Source: Bacteroidales bacterium (GTDB taxonomy: Bacteria > Bacteroidota > Bacteroidia > Bacteroidales > WCHB1-69). From it: a DNA stretch of 63,013 bases. The translations under genes and the position numbers were made by a program. Below are positions 16,277 through 28,343 of the stretch, piece by piece. The stretch lies in NCBI GenBank assembly GCA_028703095.1, contig JAQVNO010000001.1:1-63013 (forward strand), in the 5' to 3' direction. Position 1 is the stretch's first letter. Each line of letters opens with the position of its first letter. The notes under the pieces were generated by a model, which made no database searches, was not told the DNA's origin, and saw only the letters and a program-made list of their open reading frames with translations.

Positions 16277-18418
16277 TTAGCTTCTTGATTGTATCAGAAA
16301 GTTAAGTATTATGATGGCACAATCGCTAATAACAGAACCGGGACCAAATATAGCCACAGCACCTGCTTTATACAAGAAATCATAATCTTGAGGCGGAATA
16401 ACTCCGCCTACAATTACCATGATGTCTTCTCTACCTAATTTTTTAAGTTCGTCAATTATTTGAGGAACTAAAGTTTTATGCCCAGCTGCCAAAGACGAGA
16501 CTCCAACAAAATGCACATCATTTTCAACTGCTTGTCTTGCTGCTTCTGCAGGAGTTTGAAACAAAGGGCCCATATCAACATCAAAACCGATATCAGCATA
16601 AGCCGTTGCCACTACTTTAGCTCCACGATCATGACCATCTTGTCCCATTTTAGTTATCATGATGCGTGGACGACGTCCCTCTATTGCAGCAAATTGATCT
16701 GCCAGTTCACAAGCTTTTTTAAAGCTTTCATTATTTTTTGTTTCTGAATTATACACGCCTGATATAAGATTAATTTTTGCTTTATAACGTCCATATACTT
16801 TTTCCATTGCCATGGATATTTCACCCAAAGAAGCACGAACTCTAGCTGCTTCTATGGATAATGCCAATAAATTACCTTTCCCCGATTTTGCACATTCTGT
16901 TATTGCATTCAATTTTTGTTCAACCAGTTTATCGTCTCTGTGTGCACGTAAGTCAGCCAAACGTTTTAATTGAGCTTCTCTGACAGCAGTATTATCTACT
17001 TCTAATGTATCTATCGGATCTTCCTTTTCCAAACGATATTTGTTTACTCCTACAATGATATCTTTACCTGAGTCAATCCGTGCTTGTTTACGGGCAGAAG
17101 CTTCTTCAATGCGCATTTTAGGGATGCCTGTTTCAATGGCTTTTGCCATTCCTCCTAATTTTTCGATTTCCTGTATATGTCCCCATGCTTTATGAGCAAT
17201 TTCATGGGTTAAATTTTCAATATAATAAGAACCTGCCCAAGGGTCAACCACACGACAAACATTGGTTTCTTCTTGAATATAAATTTGGGTATTACGTGCA
17301 ATACGTGCCGAAAAGTCGGTAGGCAAAGCAATTGCTTCATCCAAAGCATTTGTATGTAAAGACTGTGTATGCCCTAAGACAGCCGCCATGGCTTCCACAC
17401 ATGTACGTGCAACATTATTAAACGGGTCTTGTTCTGTTAACGACCACCCTGAAGTTTGGGAGTGAGTGCGTAATGCCAATGATTTTGGATTTTTCGGATG
17501 GAATTGTTTGACAATTTTAGCCCACAACATACGGGCAGCACGCATTTTAGCTATTTCCATAAAATGGTTCATACCGATAGCCCAAAAGAAAGATAAACGC
17601 GGAGCAAAAGCATCAATATCCATACCCGCATTTATACCGGCTCGAAGATATTCAAGTCCATCCGCCAAGGTATATGCCAACTCAATATCTGCAGTAGCAC
17701 CTGCTTCTTGCATATGATAACCTGAAATACTGATAGAATTGAATTTAGGCATATTCTTAGCTGTAAATTCAAAAATATCAGCGATTATTTTCATGGATGG
17801 AAGAGGTGGGTAAATATAGGTATTTCTAACCATAAATTCCTTTAATATATCATTCTGTATGGTTCCACTTAGTTGTTCTATTGACACCCCTTGTTCTTCA
17901 GCCGCTACTATATAAAAAGCCATGATAGGCAATACTGCTCCATTCATGGTCATAGAAACCGACATTTTATCTAAAGGAATTTGGTCAAATAAAATTTTCA
18001 TATCCAGGATAGAGTCAACAGCTACACCTGCTTTACCAACATCACCTACTACCCTTTCGTGATCACTGTCATAACCACGGTGTGTAGCTAAATCGAATGC
18101 AATAGACAAACCTTTTTGTCCTGCTGCTAAATTTCTCCTGTAAAAAGCATTGGATTCTTCTGCAGTAGAGAAACCCGCATACTGACGTATAGTCCACGGC
18201 TTCATCACATACATGGTAGAATAAGGACCTCTTAGAAACGGAGGAAGTCCGGCTGCATAATTTAAATGCTCCATATTTTCTAAATCATTGGCAGTATACA
18301 ATGATTTTAACGATATTTGTTCAGCTGTTGTCCATTCATTTTCTTGACTAGAAAAGTTACTCTTTTTATCTAATAATGAATTGCTTTTATAATTAACGCT
18401 ATTAAAATCGGGTCTCAT
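16277..18418 (-). CDS. methylmalonyl-CoA mutase (single-chain, with C-terminal B12-binding domain)
   Basis: 713 aa. The mutase barrel has RGPYSTMY and TIRQYAGF. The C-terminus [14 protein letters not shown] is the DxHxxG cobalamin motif. Confidence 0.92.
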   Translation of the reverse strand: MRPDFNSVNYKSNSLLDKKSNFSSQENEWTTAEQISLKSLYTANDLENMEHLNYAAGLPPFLRGPYSTMYVMKPWTIRQYAGFSTAEESNAFYRRNLAAGQKGLSIAFDLATHRGYDSDHERVVGDVGKAGVAVDSILDMKILFDQIPLDKMSVSMTMNGAVLPIMAFYIVAAEEQGVSIEQLSGTIQNDILKEFMVRNTYIYPPLPSMKIIADIFEFTAKNMPKFNSISISGYHMQEAGATADIELAYTLADGLEYLRAGINAGMDIDAFAPRLSFFWAIGMNHFMEIAKMRAARMLWAKIVKQFHPKNPKSLALRTHSQTSGWSLTEQDPFNNVARTCVEAMAAVLGHTQSLHTNALDEAIALPTDFSARIARNTQIYIQEETNVCRVVDPWAGSYYIENLTHEIAHKAWGHIQEIEKLGGMAKAIETGIPKMRIEEASARKQARIDSGKDIIVGVNKYRLEKEDPIDTLEVDNTAVREAQLKRLADLRAHRDDKLVEQKLNAITECAKSGKGNLLALSIEAARVRASLGEISMAMEKVYGRYKAKINLISGVYNSETKNNESFKKACELADQFAAIEGRRPRIMITKMGQDGHDRGAKVVATAYADIGFDVDMGPLFQTPAEAARQAVENDVHFVGVSSLAAGHKTLVPQIIDELKKLGREDIMVIVGGVIPPQDYDFLYKAGAVAIFGPGSVISDCAIIILNFLIQSRS

Positions 18419-18450
18419 TATGACATATTATTTTTAAGTACAAATTTTTG

Positions 18451-18458
18451 CAAAAGTA
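18451..18458 (-). promoter_or_regulatory. -7 promoter box for the mutase-panB unit
   Basis: caaaagta on + equals TACTTTTG on the minus strand, 33 nt upstream of start 18418. Confidence 0.55.
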
Positions 18459-18638
18459 CTAAATAAAGATTTATAAACAAAAATAAATTTATTTTATTTA
18501 TTAGTATATGACCTTTTATCAATGAAAATATTTTTATTCCACATTTTAAATTTTATGCAGATACATCAATAAGCAAAATCACTTGATTTGCTAATCCTAA
18601 AGAGAACATAAAATAAAACAGTAATTTATTGAAAAACA

Positions 18639-20528
18639 TTACTTTTCTATACACATTTTTTTAACCAAGCAATTTCCTCTATAAGTAACCGCATAGTAAT
18701 AAATGGCATTTGATAAGGTTCGAGCGTCAATTTCGATGTAATTTTTTCCTTTCTTAGCTGTTATCACTTCTTCATGTAGATTTTGTCCATAAACACTTAT
18801 CAGTTGAAAGTTAACCTGTCCATCTTGTGGTAATGTAAATGGAATCACACATTTTGTTTTAACAGGATTTGGAATATTTTGTTCTAAAGTAAAATTATAT
18901 ATTTTCGTATCGATATAGGAAATTATTTCTTTATTAATGGTGTCTGATTCTCCACAAGCATTGATAGCTTTTACTGACACTATATATTTTCCGCTGTCTT
19001 TTAGATTCAAACGAATGCTAAGATTTGAATCATTCTTAGACCAATTCGTATCGGAACATTTCCACTCATAATGAGTTGCCCCTTTAACCGTATCAATATA
19101 ATAGGTATATATTCCTGCTTCATAAATGGTATCTTGTCCATATATACTCCAAGGTTTATTCGGAATTTCGGTAGAATTACTTACTTTACAGTATATATTT
19201 TTCATAACATCATTTATAGCGCAAGACAAACTCACCGTGTCTTTATGTGTAAAACAAGCAATAAATGCCATAGAATCTACAATGTTGACACGCAGACTGT
19301 CATAAGTTTCCCAAGTTACAGCTTGATTGATTTTTCCTTTACCCAGTTTAAAATCGGTATATATACTATCGACAGATTCATTATTCTGCAAAAAAACAGG
19401 AATTGCAGCAATATATGCAATATCGAAACTTTCCAATCCCAGAGGGATGGGATACATAGATTGATGATAATACCAATGCGATAAACTATCATTTATCCAG
19501 GTTTGTAATGAATTACCAAACATTTCATTTGTCTGTTTGCCATTTACCATAGCGGAATCATCATCAGTCCCAATTTTATTTTTATCCTGTCCGATTGCTT
19601 TTTTCAAAGAAGTTTGTTTATCATAAATACAATTAAAAACAAAGGCGTTTTTTTTATTTCCAACAATAGCTCCAACATACGATGGAGCTTTCACACCACC
19701 CGTATTAATAGAATATGAAAGTGAGGATGCATCGATAATACCGGATATTCCTCCAATATTGGCACTACTGCCGATTACATTACCGCTATTCAAACAAAAA
19801 GAGAGTTCGGAATGATTACGTAAATCACCACAAATACCACCCATAACAACGTATCCTTGAATATCTGAAATATTTACACACGAATAGATTTTGCCGGCTA
19901 CAGATCTTCCTATAATTCCACCAATATAATAATCTCCTTTTAATTTACCGCTATTGCTACAGTAAGCAATGCTTGAAGAATCGGCGAAAGCAGCTATTGA
20001 CCCAACAAAATACACACCATTAATATAAGTGTTGACTAAATGAAGGCTATCAATTTTAGCACCTGATAAGTAACCAAATAAGCCGAAATAAAGACTATCC
20101 ATTGATATGCTGAGAATTTTATCATAAATTTCTTCTTTGACTGTTTCAGCAGAAATAGCGTAAGACATCTCTTTGTTTTTTAATTCTTTAGTCTGATGAT
20201 TGATAAACAAATTTTTGATTGTGTGATTTCTTCCATATAGCACCCCCTTAAACGGATATTTTTTCGTACCAATAGGAATCCAATTAATAGTATCGTTCCC
20301 TATTATACCACAAACAGAACTAAGATTTAAGTCATTAATTAAAATAAAAAAAGTATTTTCATAAGGAAAACCCTTATTTACCTGAATGGCTAAATATTGC
20401 AGATGTGCAACTGATTCTATTTGATATGGATTTGCTTCTGAACCATCGCCCTTTGACCATGATACTTGCGCAAAAGAAGAATATATATATAATAATAAAT
20501 ATATAAAGAATAACACTATTTTTTTCAT
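18639..20528 (-). CDS. GLUG-motif repeat protein with T9SS C-terminal sorting domain
   Basis: It has a signal peptide and repeated GGI(I/C/S)G GLUG-like motifs. The C-terminus NIPNPVKTKCVIPFTL...YYYAV is CTD-like. Confidence 0.75.
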   Translation of the reverse strand: MKKIVLFFIYLLLYIYSSFAQVSWSKGDGSEANPYQIESVAHLQYLAIQVNKGFPYENTFFILINDLNLSSVCGIIGNDTINWIPIGTKKYPFKGVLYGRNHTIKNLFINHQTKELKNKEMSYAISAETVKEEIYDKILSISMDSLYFGLFGYLSGAKIDSLHLVNTYINGVYFVGSIAAFADSSSIAYCSNSGKLKGDYYIGGIIGRSVAGKIYSCVNISDIQGYVVMGGICGDLRNHSELSFCLNSGNVIGSSANIGGISGIIDASSLSYSINTGGVKAPSYVGAIVGNKKNAFVFNCIYDKQTSLKKAIGQDKNKIGTDDDSAMVNGKQTNEMFGNSLQTWINDSLSHWYYHQSMYPIPLGLESFDIAYIAAIPVFLQNNESVDSIYTDFKLGKGKINQAVTWETYDSLRVNIVDSMAFIACFTHKDTVSLSCAINDVMKNIYCKVSNSTEIPNKPWSIYGQDTIYEAGIYTYYIDTVKGATHYEWKCSDTNWSKNDSNLSIRLNLKDSGKYIVSVKAINACGESDTINKEIISYIDTKIYNFTLEQNIPNPVKTKCVIPFTLPQDGQVNFQLISVYGQNLHEEVITAKKGKNYIEIDARTLSNAIYYYAVTYRGNCLVKKMCIEK

Positions 20529-20583
20529 AAATAGTTTGTTTAAAAGTTATTACATCTATTCAAAAACCATAAATTTACAAAAG

Positions 20584-20591
20584 CAAATATA
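20584..20591 (-). promoter_or_regulatory. -7 promoter box for the GLUG/T9SS gene
   Basis: caaatata on + equals TAtaTTTG on the minus strand, 56 nt upstream of start 20528. Confidence 0.45.
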
Positions 20592-20626
20592 CATTATTTT
20601 TTTATTTGATATAGATAATTAAATGC

Positions 20627-20659
20627 AAAAAAAAAGACGATTAAAATCGTCTTTTTTTT
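20627..20659. terminator. bidirectional Rho-independent terminator (serves the NhaD gene)
   Basis: A9, then the palindrome gacgatt..aatcgtc, then T8. Confidence 0.7.
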
Positions 20660-20675
20660 AAATAAATATTTCACT

Positions 20676-22406
20676 TTATTCCATTTTCTCTAAAGGAAAC
20701 ATATTACCATCTTGAGTAATCAAATAAACCATTCCGGATTTCGTAACCATCAAATAATTATCTCCAAACATAACATTTGCAACAGTATCCGATGATTCTT
20801 TATTAAAAACAAAATCGCTTAATACTAAATTTGAAGCTTTATCATAAAGATAAACGGTATCATTTTGTTTTTGAATAGAATTAATAGTAATTCCATAATA
20901 ATCATTGTAATTACAAAATTGAAGTGATGTACTATCTTTATATTTATTTTCATCATCCGTTTGAACTATATAAAATGTATGTTTGGATAAATATTCTTTC
21001 ACCCCTTCTTTAGTAAGAGTCACCTCCGAACTTTTCGCATGATGATCACCTCCAAAGTACGTACGAATTGCTTTTTCGCCTATGAAAGTAGCAGCACCGG
21101 CAAAATAACCGATTAAGGCTATCCAGGATATTTTTTTAAGATACCAAATAAAATCGATTTTCTCCATACCCATAACAGCTACACCGGCAGCTGAACCAAT
21201 GATAAGTATGCTTCCACCCGTTCCGGCACAATACGCCAAGAATTCCCAAAAATAATGATCCATAGGAAAAAAATACATCCCCATTGCTCCGGCAACCAAT
21301 GGAACATTATCTACTATGGAAGATAATATACCAATAATAATATTAATCAAATAGTATTTTTCAGGTTCAGGCAAATTAATAGAATCTAATTGTGCAGATA
21401 GTAGACCTAAATGACCTACTGTGGCCAAAGCATTGACAGCTATCAATATCCCCAAAAAGAATAAAATACTGGGGACATCTATTTTCTTAATGACATTAGA
21501 TATTCCATATTTACTTTTATCTTCTTCGCAATCCTTTCGATGTACTATTTCAGAGGCAACCCATAATAATCCCAATCCACCCAACATACCTATATAAGGA
21601 GGTAAATGCGTAATTGTTTTAAATATAGGCACAAAAAGCAATGCCCCTACACCTAAACATAAGAAGAAAATACTTTGAGATTGACTACAACAATTTTTAG
21701 TATCGCAATGAGACCCTAATTCAGGCCGTTTAACTTCTCCTTTCATCATAAATGACAAAACAACTAAAGGCACAATCAATGACATTAAACTAGCCATGAA
21801 AGTCATTTCTATTATATTAAGTGTAGACACCTTGCCTGCAATCCAAAGCATTATGGTTGTTACATCTCCAATTGGCGACCATGCTCCTCCTGCATTAGCG
21901 GCAATAATTACCATACTTGCATAAAACCATCTGTCCTTTTTTTCACTAATCAATTTACGCAATAAAGCAACCATGACAATGGATGTGGTTAAATTATCTA
22001 AAGCTGCTGACATAAAGAATGTTAAAATAGAAAGTATCCATAATAACTTCACTTTATTTGTGGTTTGAATTTTATCGGTAATAATTTTAAAGCCTCCTTG
22101 CGTATCAACTATTTCAACAATAGTCATAGCTCCGAGTAAGAAAAAGATAATTTCAGAAACTTCTCCCAAAGCATGAATAAGTTTAAAATGCACCAACCAA
22201 TCGGTAAAAGTTGAGCCCGGATTAGCCATTAAATATTCACGCAAAGAACTGGTATTTACTAAAATTTCCTCCCCACCGATGGTAGCAAACACCCACAACA
22301 AAACACCTAATAACAATGCTGTCGCAGTCTTATTAATTTTCAAAGGATGTTCCAAGGCTATTATAGTATAACCTACCAGGAACAATACAATCATGGCAAT
22401 AAACAT
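20676..22406 (-). CDS. nhaD: NhaD/ArsB-superfamily Na+/H+ antiporter with ~115-aa soluble C-terminal extension
   Basis: About 12 TM helices, typical of the NhaD/ArsB-superfamily permease architecture. A hydrophilic tail (residues ~460-576) is absent from the classical NhaD length. Confidence 0.75.
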   Translation of the reverse strand: MFIAMIVLFLVGYTIIALEHPLKINKTATALLLGVLLWVFATIGGEEILVNTSSLREYLMANPGSTFTDWLVHFKLIHALGEVSEIIFFLLGAMTIVEIVDTQGGFKIITDKIQTTNKVKLLWILSILTFFMSAALDNLTTSIVMVALLRKLISEKKDRWFYASMVIIAANAGGAWSPIGDVTTIMLWIAGKVSTLNIIEMTFMASLMSLIVPLVVLSFMMKGEVKRPELGSHCDTKNCCSQSQSIFFLCLGVGALLFVPIFKTITHLPPYIGMLGGLGLLWVASEIVHRKDCEEDKSKYGISNVIKKIDVPSILFFLGILIAVNALATVGHLGLLSAQLDSINLPEPEKYYLINIIIGILSSIVDNVPLVAGAMGMYFFPMDHYFWEFLAYCAGTGGSILIIGSAAGVAVMGMEKIDFIWYLKKISWIALIGYFAGAATFIGEKAIRTYFGGDHHAKSSEVTLTKEGVKEYLSKHTFYIVQTDDENKYKDSTSLQFCNYNDYYGITINSIQKQNDTVYLYDKASNLVLSDFVFNKESSDTVANVMFGDNYLMVTKSGMVYLITQDGNMFPLEKME

Positions 22407-22451
22407 GTTTCTTGAGTTTTAATTATTACTTACTTTAATTTTTTAAAAACG

Positions 22452-22459
22452 CAAAAATA
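22452..22459 (-). promoter_or_regulatory. -7 promoter box for nhaD
   Basis: caaaaata on + equals TAttTTTG on the minus strand, 46 nt upstream of start 22406. Confidence 0.5.
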
Positions 22460-22542
22460 TAATTTTTGAGACTATCAAAACACATTTAATATAAAAAAAA
22501 CAAAAATATTTCCAAGCGATGTGCTATTCTTCGGAATTACAT

Positions 22543-25323
22543 CTACATTACTACATTCACAATCTTTTTAGGAACAACAATAATCTTTTTTGGAATACCT
22601 CCTTGCAACCATTTTTGTGCTTCGGGTGCAGACAAAACGGCTTTTTCAATGTCTTCTTTCGACATATCAACGGGGAAACTCATCACAAAGCGCATTTTAC
22701 CATTAAAAGAAATAGGATAATTATAAGTGTTTTCTATTAAATATTGTTCTTCCCAAACTGGGAAAGATGCATGACTTATGCTTTCTCTATGTCCTAACAT
22801 TTCCCACAACTCCTCGGCTATATGAGGCGCAAAAGGTGAAAGTAAGACACAAAGAGGTTCCAAAATACCTCTTTTATTACATTTTAAATCGCTTAGTTCA
22901 TTTGTACATATCATAAACGTGCTTACGGAAGTATTATACGACATGCGTTCAATATCTTCTTCTATTTTTTTAATGGTTTTATGCAATATTTTCCATTCAT
23001 TGAAAACAGCTTCCTCTTCGCTGACAAAGAATTCATTATCAGATATATGATACAATCGCCAAAACTTTTTCAGAAAGCGAAATACTCCTTCAATTCCTTT
23101 GGTATCCCAAGGTTTGGATTGTTCGATAGGACCCAAAAACATCTCATACATACGTAAGGTATCGGCACCGTATTTTTCAATAATATCATCCGGATTTTGC
23201 ACATTATATAATGACTTCGACATTTTTTCGATTTCATATCCACAAATGTATTTACCTTCTTCCAATATAAATTCGGCATCTTCACAAGAAATATGTCTTT
23301 TCCTGAATGCATTGATATCTAAAACATCATTATCAACCATATTAATATCTACATGTATGGCATCGGTATCATAGGAATCTTTTAAATGATAGGAAACATA
23401 GGTATTCGTTCCTTTGATTCGATATACAAAATTGGAACGTCCTTGAATCATTCCTTGATTTACAATCTTTTGAAAAGGTTCGTCCTCGCAAGCCAGACCG
23501 ATATCAAACAAGAATTTATTCCAAAAACGCGCATACAATAAATGTCCGGTAGCATGTTCCAATCCCCCAACATACAAATCAACATTTCTCCAGTATTGAT
23601 TAGCTTCTTTTGAAAAATAGGACTGATCATTATGAGGGTCCATATACCGTAAATAATAGGCATTTGAACCGGCAAACCCCGGCATGGTATTATAATCCAA
23701 AGGATAATCCATATACTTCCAATTTTTTGCACGTGCCAAAGGGGGTTCTCCGCGTTCAGTAGGCAAATAAGCATCTACTTCCGGTAATTTCAATGGTAAG
23801 GTATCTTCCGGAAGGACATATGGTGTACATCCTTTGAAATAAACAGGGAATGGTTCACCCCAATACCGCTGCCGGCTAAAAATAGCATCGCGTAAACGAT
23901 AATTTACAGTCCCAAATCCTATGTTCAGTTCTTTTATCTTATCAATTACACTTTTAATTGCTTTCTGTACAGGCAAATCATTAATAAAATCGGAATTAAT
24001 GCAATAACCGTCTTTCGAATCCTTGGCTTCAGACCATGTGGCGGTATCTTCCGGCTTTTCTCCATTAGGAACAATTACCTGAACAATAGGAAGTTTATAA
24101 TGTCGAGCAAAAGCAAAATCTCGGCTATCATGAGCCGGCACCGCCATAATGGCTCCGGTACCGTAACCGGCTAATACATAATCGGATACCCAAATCGGTA
24201 TGCGTTCTTTACTGAAAGGATGTATGGCATAAACACCGGTAAACACACCGCTTATTTTTTTAATATCCGCCAAACGATCTCTTTCACAACGATTTTTAGC
24301 CCAAGATACATATTTTTCGACTTCTTCTTTTTTATCAGCAGTTGTTATTAGTTCAATCAATGGATGTTCCGGACAAAGCACCATAAAACTGACGCCAAAA
24401 ATAGTATCGGGTCGCGTAGTAAACACATCCAAGGTTTGAATATTATGTTGAATTGGAAATTGCATATAAGTCCCTTCACTCCGTCCTATCCAATTGCGTT
24501 GAATTTCTTTTAATGAATCCGAACAGTCAAGAGTTTCCAAGCCTTTCAACAAACGTTCAGCATAAGCTGTTATGCGTAAAGACCATTGTCGCATCAATTT
24601 ACGCTCAACAGGACATCCTCCACGCACAGAACTACCGTTAACTACTTCGTCGTTTGCCAATACGGTTCCTAATCTCGGACACCAATTAACCATACAATCT
24701 GATAAATAGGCTAAACGATAATCCATCAATATACTTTGTTGTTCTTCTTCATTTTTGTTTTTCCATTCTTCTGCGGTAAAGCTAAGCTTACTAGTTGTTG
24801 CCATATCTAACCCTTGTGTACCTGTGCTTTCAAAAGCTTGTATCAATTCACTTATCGGAATAGCTTTTTTGGCTTGATTACAGTAAGAACTATTATATAA
24901 TTGTATAAAACACCATTGTGTCCATTTGTAATATTCAGGTTCGCAAGTTCTTACTTCTCTATCCCAATCAAAAGAAAGTCCTAATTTATCCAATTGTTCT
25001 CTGTAACGTTTGATGTTGTTCTCAGTTGTTATTGCCGGGTGTTGTCCGGTTTCGATGGCATATTGCTCGGCAGGCAACCCAAAAGCATCATATCCCATAG
25101 GATGTAGAACATTAAAGCCTTTTAACCGTTTGTATCTAGCATAAATATCGCTGGCAATATAACCAAGAGGATGTCCAACATGCAAACCGGCACCGGAAGG
25201 ATAAGGGAACATATCTAACACATAGTATTTGGACTTAGGAGAATCATTTTCGGCTTTAAAGGTTTTTTTCGCGGCCCAATATAGCCTCCATTTTTTTTCT
25301 ATCTCATTGAAATTATACTCCAT
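22543..25323 (-). CDS. leuS: leucine--tRNA ligase
   Basis: 926 aa. HVGHPLGY is the HIGH motif and KMSKSLYN is the KMSKS motif. A CP1 editing domain is present. Confidence 0.97.
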   Translation of the reverse strand: MEYNFNEIEKKWRLYWAAKKTFKAENDSPKSKYYVLDMFPYPSGAGLHVGHPLGYIASDIYARYKRLKGFNVLHPMGYDAFGLPAEQYAIETGQHPAITTENNIKRYREQLDKLGLSFDWDREVRTCEPEYYKWTQWCFIQLYNSSYCNQAKKAIPISELIQAFESTGTQGLDMATTSKLSFTAEEWKNKNEEEQQSILMDYRLAYLSDCMVNWCPRLGTVLANDEVVNGSSVRGGCPVERKLMRQWSLRITAYAERLLKGLETLDCSDSLKEIQRNWIGRSEGTYMQFPIQHNIQTLDVFTTRPDTIFGVSFMVLCPEHPLIELITTADKKEEVEKYVSWAKNRCERDRLADIKKISGVFTGVYAIHPFSKERIPIWVSDYVLAGYGTGAIMAVPAHDSRDFAFARHYKLPIVQVIVPNGEKPEDTATWSEAKDSKDGYCINSDFINDLPVQKAIKSVIDKIKELNIGFGTVNYRLRDAIFSRQRYWGEPFPVYFKGCTPYVLPEDTLPLKLPEVDAYLPTERGEPPLARAKNWKYMDYPLDYNTMPGFAGSNAYYLRYMDPHNDQSYFSKEANQYWRNVDLYVGGLEHATGHLLYARFWNKFLFDIGLACEDEPFQKIVNQGMIQGRSNFVYRIKGTNTYVSYHLKDSYDTDAIHVDINMVDNDVLDINAFRKRHISCEDAEFILEEGKYICGYEIEKMSKSLYNVQNPDDIIEKYGADTLRMYEMFLGPIEQSKPWDTKGIEGVFRFLKKFWRLYHISDNEFFVSEEEAVFNEWKILHKTIKKIEEDIERMSYNTSVSTFMICTNELSDLKCNKRGILEPLCVLLSPFAPHIAEELWEMLGHRESISHASFPVWEEQYLIENTYNYPISFNGKMRFVMSFPVDMSKEDIEKAVLSAPEAQKWLQGGIPKKIIVVPKKIVNVVM

Positions 25324-25354
25324 ACAATTCTAATTATTTTTTAATTATGGTTTG

Positions 25355-25362
25355 CAAAGATA
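25355..25362 (-). promoter_or_regulatory. -7 promoter box for leuS
   Basis: caaagata on + equals TAtcTTTG on the minus strand, 32 nt upstream of start 25323. Confidence 0.55.
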
Positions 25363-25471
25363 ATCAATAATGAGTAATGGAAAAAATAAATAATAAATAT
25401 TTTTGAATGTTTAATCGTTTTTGAATTTCAAAAACTTCATACTATTTACATCCTAACAAAAATAAAATAAG

Positions 25472-25479
25472 TACTTTTG
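25472..25479 (+). promoter_or_regulatory. -7 promoter box for the RluA-family gene
   Basis: tacttttg within gtacttttgcaa, 15 nt before ATG 25494. Confidence 0.55.
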
Positions 25480-25493
25480 CAAAAAAAAATTGA

Positions 25494-26405
25494 ATGAAAG
25501 CATCATTTTTTTCAAAATCATCTTCAAAATATTTTAGTTTAAAAGTTACTGAAGCAACAATACTGCTCCGTTTTTTACAAGAAAAACTAAAAGAACATAG
25601 TCGTACATCTATCAAAGAACTTTTAAAAAACGAAAAAATCTTAATCAATCATAAACACATAATTACACATTTTGATTATCCATTAAAAAAAGGAGATATT
25701 GTAAGTATACTATCTTCTAAAAATAAAGAAATAAATTTTCAACACTCAAAATTGAATATAATATTTGAAGATGAAATACTGATAGTTATAAATAAAAAAG
25801 AAGGACTGTTAAGTGTTGCTACTGCTCGTAAAGAAGAACAAACAGCCTATAATATACTCAATCAATATATAAAAAGTAAAGAGAAAAACAAACAAATATA
25901 CCTGCTTCATCGACTTGATAGAGATACTTCGGGATTAATGATGTTTGCCAAATCCAAAGCTATACAAACCATCATGCAAGAAAAATGGAAAGAAAACATT
26001 ATAGAACGCACGTATATTGCACTTGTACATAACATTCCTGAAAAACCGAATGGTACTATCAGCTCTTATCTTATCGAAGACAAATCCACCAAAATGCATA
26101 TTACCTCAGATACTGAAAAAGGACAAATAGCAACAACACGGTATAAAACTTTAAAACACAATAAATCATTTGCTTTATTAGAATTACAATTAGAAACAGG
26201 TAGGAAAAATCAAATAAGAGTGCATTTGCAAAGCATGGGTCATCCGATTGTAGGTGATAAAAAATACGGGTTTCTTTCAGATCCCCTTCATCGGCTGTGT
26301 CTTCATGCTTCAACATTGAGTTTTATTCATCCGCAAAGCAAAGACAAAATGACATTTGAATGTGCTGTTCCAAAATGTTTTTTAGAATTTATAAATCAAG
26401 CATAA
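25494..26405 (+). CDS. RluA-family pseudouridine synthase with N-terminal S4-like domain
   Basis: HRLDRDTSGLMMFAK is the catalytic-Asp motif. GRKNQIRVHL is also present. Confidence 0.88.
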   Translation: MKASFFSKSSSKYFSLKVTEATILLRFLQEKLKEHSRTSIKELLKNEKILINHKHIITHFDYPLKKGDIVSILSSKNKEINFQHSKLNIIFEDEILIVINKKEGLLSVATARKEEQTAYNILNQYIKSKEKNKQIYLLHRLDRDTSGLMMFAKSKAIQTIMQEKWKENIIERTYIALVHNIPEKPNGTISSYLIEDKSTKMHITSDTEKGQIATTRYKTLKHNKSFALLELQLETGRKNQIRVHLQSMGHPIVGDKKYGFLSDPLHRLCLHASTLSFIHPQSKDKMTFECAVPKCFLEFINQA

Positions 26406-26426
26406 ACACCTAAGAATATGCTTGGA

Positions 26427-28334
26427 TTAATCGTGAAATCTCCAGGAAGCACCCACTCTAAAATGTAAACCTTTAGCCGGATAGTGGGGAACTAAATAAT
26501 AGGTTTTCGGAAATACATCTGCAAGAAAATTACCCAAAACAAAATGGAAATAGAATCGACTTACTTTCACGTTCGCAAAAAAATCCAGATAAAAATAATT
26601 ACCTATTTTCTTTTCATCTTGGAAATAGAATTGTTGCATTACAGGATTATATCCATAAGCATAATAAGGAGTATTATATAACATTTCAAACCCCAATTGT
26701 AAAAATAAAGCTTTTTTAAACATAGTAAATCCATAAAAAACACTTTCTCTTGTCGCCAACCAAGGCATTTGCAGAGAGGAATTATCACAATATTGCAGAT
26801 ATACATTCGCATCAAAACCAAATCCTTTATACCTAAACGGAACCCATGCCGCAAATTGTATAATATTTGCCGCTCTATTCAACTGAAATACAGAAATATC
26901 TTCTTTCAGCATCGTTGAATTTTGCAGCGAATAATAATTAATATTCACAACGTAATTATCATACTGCCATTCTATACCCAATTGAATATGTTGTTGTTTT
27001 TTTAAATTATTGTTACTCCATTGGTACGTATTTGCAAGATAATACGTATAAAAATAATCCGGCTGATAACGATAAAACGCAGATTTTAAAGAAAGTAAAT
27101 GTTTGTCTTTAACTTTCCATGAAAATGATGCCGTAGAAGTAATATCATTTGAATTATATCCATTTAATGTATATAAAAAATCTATTTTTAAGTCCAAATA
27201 CTTAAAAAGCCTTACATGTGCTTTCCCCATAGGAGTTAATTGAAAATTATAAAAATTATCCGAACTATCCCCTACTTTTATATAGGAATGTGAAATACCG
27301 AATACCAAATGTAAAAAATTATCCTTATGTACATTAATTGAATCTTCGTTCAAAAAATTAGACCACACCAAACTATTCCTAAATTGAAAAGACTTTACCG
27401 AATCAAAAGTCTGAAGTGAATCATAATTAAATAAATTATAATAATCTATATTCAACGCATTGTCTTTGTATAATGATTTAAATTGACTATACTCAAGGTC
27501 GTGAATAATATATCCTAAGCTAAACTTGTTATTGTTAGTATCGGACATAAACTTTAACAAACGAAAATAATGGCGAAAAAATAAATCATGATCTTGGTAG
27601 TCACTACTTGCATCTGACAGTTTTACTTCAATGCTTCGTGCAGACATACCGGTTTCAAACATAGTATCCTGAGCTATACCTCCGTTTTCATTTAAACGAA
27701 ATAAATTATATAAGTAGGCAAAATGAAATCCATACCGTTTATTAGTAGTACGATACGATAAACGAGCTCCTACATTCACATCACGGATGGCTTGTCTCAC
27801 ATAAATACCTTCAGCAATCATGGTACTAAAATCAATTTCAAATTCAAAATTTTTAATTGATTGAACGTGTGTAACATTAAATAAATTTTCTTTACCTGAA
27901 CCCCATTCATAGTCTACTCGGGTGTAAGATTCAGGAGTATAATGCCAATGCCAATTATTAAAATTACGATGATACAGTGAAAAGGGCATGCTTTTATAAA
28001 CAAATCCGTGTTTTCGTTGAAATGTAAAATTCATGGAATAATTGGCTTGCCCTATTAATCCCAGATGAGCATACAAATTACGAGAAGCAGACAATATTTC
28101 TGTCCGTTGAATTTCATTGATAGAAGTATCTACCAAAGAATGATTTAGAATTTCAGGGAACCAAACGTTATGTAGATAATTATAAACAGGAACATAATTT
28201 TTAGCCGATTCATTGCCCATGGGCATACTTGTCGTATCATTCAAAGAATTATTTTGCGCATAAATTGAGACACTAATAAAACTCAATATATTAACAATTA
28301 ATATTTTATTTACAAAATAACGGCTTAGATTCAT
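26427..28334 (-). CDS. outer-membrane beta-barrel protein (putative-porin family)
   Basis: It has a signal peptide ending SIYAQ. The 635 aa are rich in alternating aromatic/hydrophilic strands. Confidence 0.65.
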   Translation of the reverse strand: MNLSRYFVNKILIVNILSFISVSIYAQNNSLNDTTSMPMGNESAKNYVPVYNYLHNVWFPEILNHSLVDTSINEIQRTEILSASRNLYAHLGLIGQANYSMNFTFQRKHGFVYKSMPFSLYHRNFNNWHWHYTPESYTRVDYEWGSGKENLFNVTHVQSIKNFEFEIDFSTMIAEGIYVRQAIRDVNVGARLSYRTTNKRYGFHFAYLYNLFRLNENGGIAQDTMFETGMSARSIEVKLSDASSDYQDHDLFFRHYFRLLKFMSDTNNNKFSLGYIIHDLEYSQFKSLYKDNALNIDYYNLFNYDSLQTFDSVKSFQFRNSLVWSNFLNEDSINVHKDNFLHLVFGISHSYIKVGDSSDNFYNFQLTPMGKAHVRLFKYLDLKIDFLYTLNGYNSNDITSTASFSWKVKDKHLLSLKSAFYRYQPDYFYTYYLANTYQWSNNNLKKQQHIQLGIEWQYDNYVVNINYYSLQNSTMLKEDISVFQLNRAANIIQFAAWVPFRYKGFGFDANVYLQYCDNSSLQMPWLATRESVFYGFTMFKKALFLQLGFEMLYNTPYYAYGYNPVMQQFYFQDEKKIGNYFYLDFFANVKVSRFYFHFVLGNFLADVFPKTYYLVPHYPAKGLHFRVGASWRFHD

Positions 28335-28343
28335 GTCGCAAAA

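Noticed and set aside
16277-18638. I checked for a cobalamin riboswitch or accessory genes (MeaB, epimerase, small subunit) near the methylmalonyl-CoA mutase.
   Set aside because: The leader is only ~30 nt with a promoter box at 18451, so there is no room for a B12 element. The single-chain mutase type does not need a small subunit. Absence of partner genes in the window is not informative.
22519-22740. A 73-aa plus-strand ORF at the 3' end of leuS.
   Set aside because: It lies antisense to conserved LeuS C-terminal coding sequence and has no promoter box.
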